Positions 42,351-53,489 of a stretch of DNA of 64,000 bases are shown here, one piece after another. The position numbers and the translations under genes were made by a program. The DNA lies in contig NC_043005.1 of NCBI RefSeq assembly GCF_006345805.1, forward strand, positions 80,600,001-80,664,000. The letters are read 5' to 3'. The stretch comes from Octopus sinensis. Taxonomy: Eukaryota. Below the pieces are notes generated by a model. That model was not told where the DNA came from. It was given only the letters and a program-made list of their open reading frames with translations, and did no database searches. Position 1 is the stretch's first letter. Each line of letters starts with the position of its first letter.

Positions 42351-42850
42351 TAAGGCAGCGGGCTGGCAGAAACGTTAGCACGCCGGGCGAAATGCGTAGC
42401 CGTATTTCGTCTGCCGTTGCGTTCTGGGTTCAAATTCCGCCGAGGTCGACCTTGCCTTTCATCCTTTCGGAGTCGATTAAATAAGTACCAGTTAGGCACT
42501 AGGGTCGATATAATCGACTTAATCCGTTTGTCTGTCCTTGTTTGTTCTCTCTGTGTTTAGCCCCTTGTGGGTAGTAAAGAAATAGGTATTTTGTTTACTT
42601 CTTAAGGCGGCGGGCTGGCAGAAACGTTAGCACGCCGGGCGAAATGCGTAGCTGTATTTCGTCTGCCATTACGTTCTGAGTTCAAATTCTGCCGAGGTCG
42701 ACTTTGCCTTTCTTCGTTTCGGGGTCGATAAATTAAGGACCAGTTACGCACTGGGGTCGATGTAATCGACTTAATACCTATGTCTGTCCGTGTTCGTCCA
42801 CTCTATGTTTAGCCTCTAGTGGTCAATAAAGAAATAGGTATTTTGTCTAC
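42351..42850 (+). mobile_element. Two head-to-tail SINE-A copies
   Basis: Both carry the same gggctggc head variant; flank ggtattt...tacttctt occurs three times. Confidence 0.9.
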
Positions 42851-43138
42851 TTCTTTTTTTCTGGAACTGCTTGATGTATCAGTGAACAGCCAACGGCGGT
42901 TGGAGAGCATAAAGGTTACAGTTTTAGTTCAGAAAATGTTAGCTGACGTGGGTGAATGGGAGCTATCTAAATACTGGTTTCAAATGTTGGTACTGGTCCA
43001 GCAATTTCGAGGGAGAGATTAAGTCGATTACATCGAAACCTCTTCTATATTTATGAGATGAGGAATCATGTGCATTATTTACAATTGACGGAAATTGTCC
43101 TCATCTTGTTTGTTATTCTATATACGTGTATATATACG

Positions 43139-43215
<77 letters not shown>

Positions 43216-43223
43216 ATGTATAT

Positions 43224-43268
<45 letters not shown>

Positions 43269-43989
43269 TATATATATATAGGAGATAGGGGTACGTTACG
43301 CCGCCTTAATATATATATAGAAATCAAATATAAAATATAAAATATAAATTACAAAGTGGGACAAAAACGCAAAAACACACAAAGAGACGACACAAAAAAA
43401 CACACGGGTCACTCGAAGCCTCTAATCTTCAGTCATATATATATATATATATTTACATATATATATTCAGTAAATACGCGAGACAACTCTGGATTAATTT
43501 CGATCTTATTACATCTTTTCCCAGTGAAGACGTCACTTGCGCGACGTACCATTTATGTATAGGAATGTACGCGAAAGATTAGAATATGGTAGATGGGGGA
43601 ATAAATCTCTGCCGTGAACTTCATAGAAGCATCTCTATTTGTCATATTATCTCTCCGTATAACATCTGTCCTGTAGAAGTCTTTTGCTATTCAAGACCGT
43701 ATTTTCTGCAGCATTATCGTAACTGAATGTAAGGAGTTACATTGTGGAATCGTTAGCACGTGGAACAAAATGCTTGGCATTGCGTTCGTCTTTACGTTCC
43801 ACCGATATCGACTTTGCTTTTCAGTCTTCTGGGGATCGCTAAATATATACCAGTTAAACACTGGGGTCGATGTCATCGACTTTGCATCACCCCAAAAATT
43901 CCTGATTTTGTGTATATAGAAGAAAGCTTTATCGCTAAATATATGGCAACAAGTTAGTAGAGTCGTTAGAATGGCGAAAAAATGTCTTG

Positions 43990-44430
43990 TGAGCTGGTAG
44001 AAACGTTAGCACACCGGGCGAAATGCTTAGCGGTATTTCGTCTGCCGTTACGTTGTGAGTTCAAATTCCGCCAAGGTCGACTTTGCCTTTCATCCTTTCG
44101 GGGTCGATAAATTAAGTACCAGTTACGCACTGGGGTCGATGTAATCGACTTAATACCTATGTCTGTCCTTGTTTGTCCTCTCTGTGTTTAGCCCCTTGTG
44201 GGTAATAGAGAAATAGGTATTTCGTCTGCCGCTTCGTTCTGAGTTCAAATTCCGCCGAGGTCGACTTTGCCTTTCATCCTTTCGAGGTCGATCAAATAAG
44301 TACCAGTTACGCACTGGGGTTGATATAATCGACTTAATCCGTTTGTCTGTCCTTGTTTGTCCCCTTAGTGTATAGCCCCTTGTGGGTAGTAAAGAAATAG
44401 GTATTTGTTGCCCCACTTTTCGTTCCGAGT
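43990..44430 (+). mobile_element. SINE-A with 184-bp internal tandem units; opposite-strand copy at 44510-44702
   Basis: gtattt restarts at 44033, 44217 and 44401. Confidence 0.9.
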
Positions 44431-45660
44431 TCAAATCAATTATTAAGCAATTGTTTTGACCCATAAACACGCTGACTTTACTCCTCGTAAGTCTCTTCCG
44501 CATCCATGCAAAAGGTTTGGAAATTTTGGTGGGAGGTGACTAATCGATTCTAGTGCTCGGTTGGTACTTATTTCATCGTACCCCGAAAGGATGAAAAGCA
44601 GAGTCGAGCTCGGCGGCATTCGAACTCAGAACGTAAAGACGGACGAAATAATCCAAAGCATTTTGCCAGCCGTGCTAACGATTCTGTCCGCTCGCTGCCT
44701 TTCCGATCAACTGTAAAGATTTCATATTTTCGTGCAAAATCACAAACAGATTTTGCAACACAGAAAAGGATCTGGATATGGTCAATGCATTAGCTTTAGT
44801 CTAAGATGTGGATTGGTAAAATCATTAGAATATCGGAGAAAATATATTGTTCTGTATGTTTACACTTCTTTACACTCTCAATGCAAACCACATGAATATG
44901 GATTTGATTTTCCAGACTCTGAGGCTGGTGGACCCGAAGGTAACTGTCCAGAGCAACGTACATACGTAAATCTATGGTCACCATATCCGAAAATATGTGA
45001 AACAAATGCATCTATTGCCAATACCATTATTTGAACTGATAACTTAGAGGACAGGGGCTATACTACTTTAAATACAAAGGGAATATTAATCCATCCCCCT
45101 ATCTCTTTTCTAGTATTTCACTGCGCTCGTCTCAGTAATAATGCTCAATTTCTAATTTACACAACTGAGAATTGAAACCGGGTCTCAGACACGTGTCGTC
45201 GTTTACTACAAACTGCCACATAATAGCAACCGTAAGCACAGGCGTAGGTGTGTGGTTAAGAAAACCACTTTGCAACCACTGTTTTTCTGGTTAAGTTCTG
45301 CTACACGTCATCTTGGGCGAGTGACTCCTACGAGAGTCTTGGATGGATCAATTCATTGTGAGTGAATATGGAAGACGAAAACTGTGTGAAATCCTGCCGT
45401 ATGCATATATGGCACTTTGGGTAGGTGTCTTCCACTATAGCCTCGAGCCGACCGGAGCTTTGTGATTGAATTCGGTAGGTGGAAGTTACTGCCGTGTGTG
45501 TATGTGTGCGTATAGCTGCTCAGTGCCTCTCCGAAAGAGAGAGAGGGATATATATATATATATAAGAAAAATATTTGAGATTCAGATGAATTAGATACAT
45601 AAGTTGAAACACCAAAAATTAGTGCGGTATTATCCGTACAACTCGAATTAAGGTGAATAA

Positions 45661-45982
45661 AATCAAAATAAGCGACAGGATATCCAGAGGTGATGCAGTA
45701 CAACCGTTTCAAGCGGATCCATTTAATTGAGCAATACAATAATTAAATCAATTTAAATGCAGGGCTATCCTCAGCTGCGTAAATAAATAAATAAATAGAG
45801 TATTTAAGTAAAATTATATAAATGTGTCCGACTGATTAAAAAAAAATTCTATTTATTTATTCATGCAGGTGAAGATATTCCTGCATTTAAATTGATGTAA
45901 TGATTGTTTTGTTCAATTAAATGGAGCCGCTTGAAACGGTCGTACTGCATTACCTCTGGATATCCAGTTGCTTATTTTGATT
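45661..45982. mobile_element. Fold-back/MITE-like element with about 140-bp inverted arms
   Basis: 45661-45800 is the reverse complement of about 45847-45982; the ORF track shows the same peptide (CSIKW.RLKR.YCITSGYPVAYFD) on both strands. Confidence 0.85.
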
Positions 45983-46060
45983 ATATATATATGTGTGTGT
46001 GTGTATGTGCATACAACAGGATTCCACACATATATGTATGTATGTATTATGTACGTATGC

Positions 46061-46093
<33 letters not shown>

Positions 46094-46519
46094 TGTATGT
46101 ATGTTTGTATGTATGTATGTGTGTATGTATGTATGTATGTATGTATGTATGTATGTATGTATGTATGTATGTGTGTGTGTGTGTATGTTTGTATGTATGT
46201 ATGTATGCATGTATGTATGTATGTATGTATGTACGTATGTGTGTGTGTGTATGTATGTATGTATGTATGTATGTATGTATGTATGTATGTATGTATGTGT
46301 GTGTGTGTGTGCCGACTCTCCTGCGATGCTTCGGTCTAAAGCTGAAACCGTACGGTAAAGAGATATCACAGTCGCCAGTTTCCGGTCATTTACGGTCGCT
46401 GCCGGCATGTATTTATACATTTATATGTGCATTGATAGCAGCAACAGGGTCATTTAGCGCTTATTTCTAGCAGTGTATGTGTTCTAACACTTGCAGCCAT
46501 ATTTAATGACCTCTAATTT

Positions 46520-46928
46520 TTTTATTTTTTTATGGAGCGCGAAGAATTGGATTCTTTACGATGACAATGTACTCAGTCATCGAATTCTCTTCACTCGTGA
46601 GTTTCTCGCCTAAAACAACGAGACATCACTTCCGTAACCATCCAGATTTAGCGCCTGCAGATTTCCATGTCTTCCCTAAGATGAAAATGCAGCTGAAAGG
46701 TCGCCGTTTTAACACCGTTGTCGAGATCAAGAGCGAATAGCGGCAGGTCCTCGAGTCCCTTACGGAAAACTACTTCCAGGCCGCATTCCGAAAGTGGTTG
46801 AAATGCTGGGACTGGTATATTGCTGCGAAAAGTAACTAATTCGGAGGAGATGATATTAAAACTTAGGTAAATGAGTTATTTTCGTTTAGACATAACTAGT
46901 CCGAGAACTCTTTGATAGTGCTTTGTAT
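46520..46928 (+). mobile_element. Mariner C-terminal fragment with right TIR
   Basis: Frameshifted HDN...DLAPADFHVFPKMKMQLKGRRFNTVVEIK...AFRKW, followed by a TIR-like end and TA. Confidence 0.8.
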
Positions 46929-46929
46929 A

Positions 46930-47075
46930 TCTTCATTCAGTTTTCGTCTGCCAAATCCACTCACGAGGTTTTGGTTATCACTGAGTACTTGCCAAAGGAC
47001 CATGCATTATGATTGAACCTGGAATCATGTTGTTGGGAACCAAACGTCTAAACACACAGCCAGGGTCTGCGCCTA
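46930..47075 (-). mobile_element. Diverged SINE-B 5' half directly after the 5S relic
   Basis: Minus strand aggcgcagaccctggctgtgtgt...ggttcaatc...ttggcaagt...gtgagtggatttggcagacgaaaactgaa. Confidence 0.75.
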
Positions 47076-47082
47076 AAGGGAT

Positions 47083-47183
47083 GCTTAAAGCACCTAGTTT
47101 TCCCGGGCAGTCGTTCATCTAAGCATTAACTAGACACGACGTTGCTTCACCTCAGTAATCAGAGGGGAATCGGTGCTTTTCAA
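47083..47183 (-). pseudogene. Diverged 5S rRNA pseudogene, 5'-eroded
   Basis: Minus strand TTGAAAAGCACCGATTCCCCTCTGATTACTGAGGTGAAGCAACGTCGTGTCTAGTTAATGCTTAGATGAACGACTGCCCGGGAAAACTAGGTGCTTTAAGC is colinear with invertebrate 5S rRNA from about nt 19 to the 3' end, with many substitutions. Confidence 0.8.
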
Positions 47184-48981
47184 TGAAATAGAAATATATA
47201 TTTTTGAAAATTATTCTCCACGTGCGGCCTAGTAGATTGGGACACCTTCCATAAACTTGACTGCATTTTACACGCATGAAATGGTACTCCATCGGTCACG
47301 ACGATGAGGGTTCGATCAGCGGAACAGACTGCTCGTGAAATTAAGGTGCATGTCTTTGAGTACTCAACAGACACGTGTACCGTTTACGTAGTTCTCAGAG
47401 AGATTCAGCGTGACACATAATGTGACAAGGCCGGCCGTTTGAATTACAGGTATAACGCATTTATGTCAGCTGATTGGAACAACGTGCAGTTGGGTATCTT
47501 GCTCAAGGACAAGGCGTACAGTCGGAAACCGAACCCACAACCTTATGATCATGAACCGAATACCCTAACAGGTAAGCCACGCGCCTTTAATCTACAGATA
47601 TATACATTAAGTTCACTTACAGATCTATTAAAGTATACAAGAAAGATAACTTTTAAGAAAAGTTGCGTGAGTTATCTCCCTTATAAAAATTTAGAAACTT
47701 TTGAATTGCTATGTTCTTTTCTATTCTTTCTGTCTTGTCATAATTGAAGTAATAATAAATATCGGATGTATGTATATTTGTAATTCTCGAGGCAATGACA
47801 TAGCTGAATCGTTAGAATCCCGCAAAAAAATGCTTTCCGGTATTTGTTCCGACACTTTACATCCGAGTTCAACTCCTCTCGAGATCAACTTCGCCCTTCC
47901 ATCATCCTGGGGTCCGAAAATACAAAATATCATTCAAGTCCATTTAATCGACTAAATCCGTCTCCGAAAATTTGTCTTCAGCCAAAACCGAAAAACCATT
48001 GCTTATCCTCAAATAAGAACTTTGAACCACAATGTTCCTTCCGTGATCATCCTCCTGAATTTTTTTGTCTTTAGTTTTTACTTCTCAAAAATACTTCATC
48101 TACACTAAGTAAATAGCGCTACTTTCGCGTGTGATTACATTAGCTTACTTTCCAATTTCTAATAATCCTTAAGATGTTCTTGCATTTCTGGAAGATGTTC
48201 GCTCAATCCATCGATAAAATTATCCAAGTTTGTATTTCGTCTTTATTATCTAATTGCTATGCAATTTTTTTATAAATTATCTTGAACATGTTCAGCATTG
48301 TAAATGTATTTTTCGAACATCTTACGATTTTAAGAATGATAATAAAACAATGTCTCATTTTAATTTTAGTAAATAATAAAAAGAAACCTAGAATAAACAA
48401 TTAATAATTACGTTAAGCACGTAGATCACACGAGTTTGTCAGCCATGAGTTTTGCAATGTAAAGTTGGCAAAATTTCACTGCTTTCCTTTCTCTTCGAGC
48501 TCCCTTCATTTCTCTACCACAACATTTTCTTCCTCATCTAGGAGGTCATTTCTTAATAATCATGCAACTGCCTACGTCTCGTCCTTATTTACATTGTAAT
48601 CTTTAGCAAACAGCTTAAAGGTTTTTAGAAATTGAAAAGTAAAGTAAAAATAACCTGAAGTAATCGCTGTTTAAGTAGTAGATCAAACGCCAAAATAGCA
48701 CCATTTAAATTAGCTAAATTTTTAAACACAGTAAGGCACTATTTGACAGATGCTTTGTTACTATTTCTAGCTGGTCAAGTGACCACATAGAGGCTAGCTT
48801 ATCAAAAAATTGTTGCTTCAAATCGGAGAAAAAATAACATTATGACATATATTATCTACAGTTATTATTATTATACATAGATACATAGATACATGCATAC
48901 ATACATACATATACATATGTATATATATATATGTATGTTCATGTATATATATATATATGTACATACATACATATATATATG

Positions 48982-49036
<55 letters not shown>

Positions 49037-49086
49037 GATATATATATATATGTATGTATGTACATATATGTATGTATGTACATATA

Positions 49087-49192
<106 letters not shown>

Positions 49193-49779
49193 AGTATGTA
49201 TGTATGTATGTATCTATATATATCACCACGTAGTATGGATGTTATGATATTGCGACTCAGAGAAATTGTATAAAAAAACAATTGCAAGACATTGGTTTAT
49301 TTATTTTTATTTAAATTTTTGTTTTGTTATATTTTATGTTCAGGCTTATATACATACATTCATTATATAATATTGGCTTCAAATTTTGGCACAAGGCCAG
49401 CAATTCCGCTGGAGGGGTAAGTCGATTACGTTAACCCCAGTACTCAACTAGTGTTCTTTTGATCGACTTCGAAAGGATTAAAGGCAAGGTCGACCTCAGC
49501 AGAATTTGAATAAATATTCAAAATGAAAGACTTGGTTCAGAAGGAGAATGAGAAGGATATCCATGGCCCTAGATTCTGTCATTCATCCTTTGCAGAATTC
49601 CAAGCTTTACAAATATGCGCGCGCGCGCACAACAGATGCCCACAGGCACACACACACACACACACATGTATATATTCATAGACATACACAACATGTGCGT
49701 GTAGGTGGGTTTTATATGTATATGTATACATGCATATATATATATATATCTATATATGAGTGTATATATATATATATAT

Positions 49780-49828
<49 letters not shown>

Positions 49829-50283
49829 ATAAACACAAACACTTATATCTATATTTATCTACCCACACACACATATATATGCACATATATATCTATGCAC
49901 ACATACGCAATTATATATATGTATATGTGTTTATATAAGTATATATACTTATATGCATATACAAAGTGAGTTACATACATACATACGTGCATGCATACAT
50001 ACCTACCTACATACATACATACATATACATACATACATACATATACATACATACATACATACATACATACATACATACATACATACATGCATACACGTTG
50101 CATACGTGTAATTCTACCACAAGAGTAATACGTAAACCGCACCGCTTAATAAACAGTATTTCGAACACGTCACTCCATACATATCGAAAGAGTAAACATC
50201 AAAGATGATTCGTACACACACACACACACACACACACAACACACACACACAACACACACACCACACACACACACACACACACA

Positions 50284-50372
<89 letters not shown>

Positions 50373-50463
50373 TATATATATATATACATATGTGAATGAA
50401 TGGAACGAGTTTTTACTCAAGATTTGTTGGTGTATCTGGTCATTTATGAATGTGTTTCTGTTG

Positions 50464-50555
50464 TCAGGGTTCGATCTGATTTACACTTGCAATTAATTCA
50501 CTTTCTCTTCTTTCTGGTCGTTTTGGCTTCTGGAACATCACTGTTAATATTATCG
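50464..50555 (-). CDS. MFS transporter terminal coding exon: (A)[29 protein letters not shown]
   Basis: Acceptor attttattttaacag|CG completes the phase-1 codon; end of last TM followed by a basic tail; TGA at 50466-50464. Confidence 0.78.
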
Positions 50556-52471
50556 CTGTTAAAATAAAATAAAATCTCGGTTAGGTTAACATATTTGGTG
50601 ACAAACGTTTATTATAAATCCTAATTTTCGCGGTGACCCATCAGAATCGAAGCGACAGCTTTGCATGGCACTCCGTCGTTTGTTCCAGTTGATCCTATCA
50701 ACGGAACACTTTGCTCGTGGAATTAACGTGCAAGTGGCTGAGCACGCTTCAGACACGTGTACCCTCAGCGTAGTTTTCCGGAAGATTCAGCGTGACACAG
50801 GTACAACAGAATACAGGAAGAAAGAGTGAGAGAAAGTCGCGGTGAAAAAGTACAGCTGGGCTTGCCACCACCCCTTGCCGTTTCCTCGTAGAGTTTCAGG
50901 TGTTTCTGCTCAATAAATACTCACAACGTCCGGTCTGGAATCGAAACTGCGATCCTACGACCGCGAGTCCACTACTCTAACCCCTGGGCCATTACGGCTC
51001 CACGATGACTTTGCATATTTATTCTGAATATATTCAGGCTGATTTGAACATGAACATACTAATCGCTGTAGTGCTTTTCACATACTCGATTCATTGGTGC
51101 AAGGGATTCTGGGACACTGTTGTTTCGACATGTTGTTTCTCATCAGCCTGAAGTAATAAGATTAACGAATCTATCCAAAGCCGATGGCGAAAAAACATTT
51201 TAGTAGATTAATGCTATTTTCTAGACGAAGGTAATCGATATTTCCATGGTGGTCAGCGTATATATTTTTAATAAGTCCCATGATATTCGGATGCAAATAT
51301 GCTAATGGTTGTTGTGTCAGTCGCAAGAGACATTTGCCTCATAGGTAGGAAAAGCTAAGTAAAATTTTGGGAACGACATATACTATATAGAAAATTTTCA
51401 TCGTCACATAAAGAAACTCTACGTCAATAATTGCTATTAAGATTTCCACCTGGCTTGCCTGCATTGTTAAGAAAGTTGTGTTGCAACCACATCAGTTCGG
51501 GTTCAGTCCCAATACGCAGCACCTTGGGCAAGTCTTCTACAATAGCCCTGGGTCGACTAATGCCTTGAATTTAATTTTGCTCGATAGATATTATGTGTTT
51601 GTATGTATATTTGGTTTGTTTCCATCCCTCTAACTAAGCTGATCAGCAAAAGAGATCGTCATACATTATAAAAGACAATTGTTGTCCTTCCACTTGCAAA
51701 CCATTAAATCCCTGCAATTCTTTTCTCCTCTACATTACAATCTCCTCGCAAAAACCCCTTCAAACTGTATATCAAAATTTTGCTAATTTCATCCGTCTAG
51801 GAAAGTTCGAATCACAATATTCCTCTCAACCTCTCCGACCACACCAAAATGTTGTTGTTGTTGTTGTTGTTGTTCTTGCTGTTATCATTGTTATTATTGT
51901 ATGAGAGAGTAGCGCATGCCATCAAAATGACATTGGGGTACAAATAAACGAAGCCCAGTATACCCATCATGACTATCCGTCTCATAAGGGTAGACCAGGC
52001 ACATGCATCACAGCAACATGTGCGCGACTCGGTTATCATATATAAAGATAAACAGCGCATGATCGTGCAGGTGGGTGGGCGAATTAGAATTTTCTTCAGG
52101 TTGAGTAACCCATCCTGCTCAAAAGGTACCGGAATAAAGTTTGTTTAAGGATGATGAACGAAACACCCATGTTTCCAGAGGTGAATTATTCAAATCCCAA
52201 AGAATCCCTCTCAACACATAGCTATGTTCCTCCCCCGCTACTTCTGCTCGTGATCAGAGATGCACACATCGTCATCCACAAAGGGACATGCTCAACTGGT
52301 TAAGATCAAACAACTGACAAGCAAATCTGGGGTATTGAGCAGAATATTTACTGTAGCCCGTCTTTTATACCAAGACAAAGCAATGTACATGATAACTCTT
52401 CCAATCAGTAAAGATGAGAAACCATGGAAGCCATTGCCTATTATTATCATCATCATCGTCATCATTATCAA

Positions 52472-52527
<56 letters not shown>

Positions 52528-52742
52528 AGGCGGCGAGCTGGCAGAATCGTTAGCATTCCGGGCGAAATGCTTTAGCGGTATTTCGTCTGCCGCTACGCTC
52601 TGAGTTCAAATTCGGCCGAGGTCGACTTTGCCTTTCGTCCTCTCGGGGTCGATTAAATAAGTACCAGTTACGCACTGGGGTCAATGCAATCAACTTAATC
52701 CCTTCTCCCAAACTGAGGCCTTGTGCTTCCAGTACAAAGAAA

Positions 52743-52788
<46 letters not shown>

Positions 52789-53435
52789 TTATTATTGAGT
52801 GAGAGAGCAATTCATGCCATCAAAGTGACACTGGGGTAAAATATACGAAGCCCAATATACCCATCATGACTACCCGTCTGATAAGGGTACACCAGGCACA
52901 TGCATCACAACCATATGTGCGCGACATGGTGATCTCATATCAAGATAAACAGCACATGACCTTGCAGGTGGGGCCCAGTTAGAATTTTCTTCAGGTTGAG
53001 TAGCCCATCCCGCTCAAAGGGTCCCTGAATAAGGGTTGTTTAAGGATGTTGAAAGAACCACCCATGTTTCCAGAGGTGAATTATTCAAACCCCAAAGAAT
53101 CCCTCTCAACACATGGCTATGATGCTCCCCCACTACTTCTGCTCGTGATCAGAGATGCACATATCGTCAGCCACTAAGGGACATGCTCAACTGGTTAAGG
53201 TCAAACAACTGACAAGCAAATCTGTGGTATTGAGCAGAATATTTGTTGTAGCCCATCTTTTATACCAAGACAAAACAATGTACATGATAACACTTCCAAT
53301 CAGTTAAGATCAGAAGCCATGAGAGCCACTGCCTGGTACTGCATCAGGGCATGCTGGTACTGCATCAGGGCATCCTGGTACTGCATCAGGGCATCCTGGT
53401 ACTGCATCAGGGCATCCTGATTATTATTATTGTTA

Positions 53436-53489
<54 letters not shown>

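Noticed and set aside
44916-44939. Possible 24-nt plus-strand microexon inside ORF 44732-45034
   Set aside because: No other plus-strand exons to connect it to; chance AG/GT pairs are expected.
51040-51150. Alternative terminal exon for the MFS gene ([18 protein letters not shown])
   Set aside because: It needs phase 0, but the upstream intron is phase 1, which gives an immediate stop. Exon 50464-50555 fits and completes the last TM.
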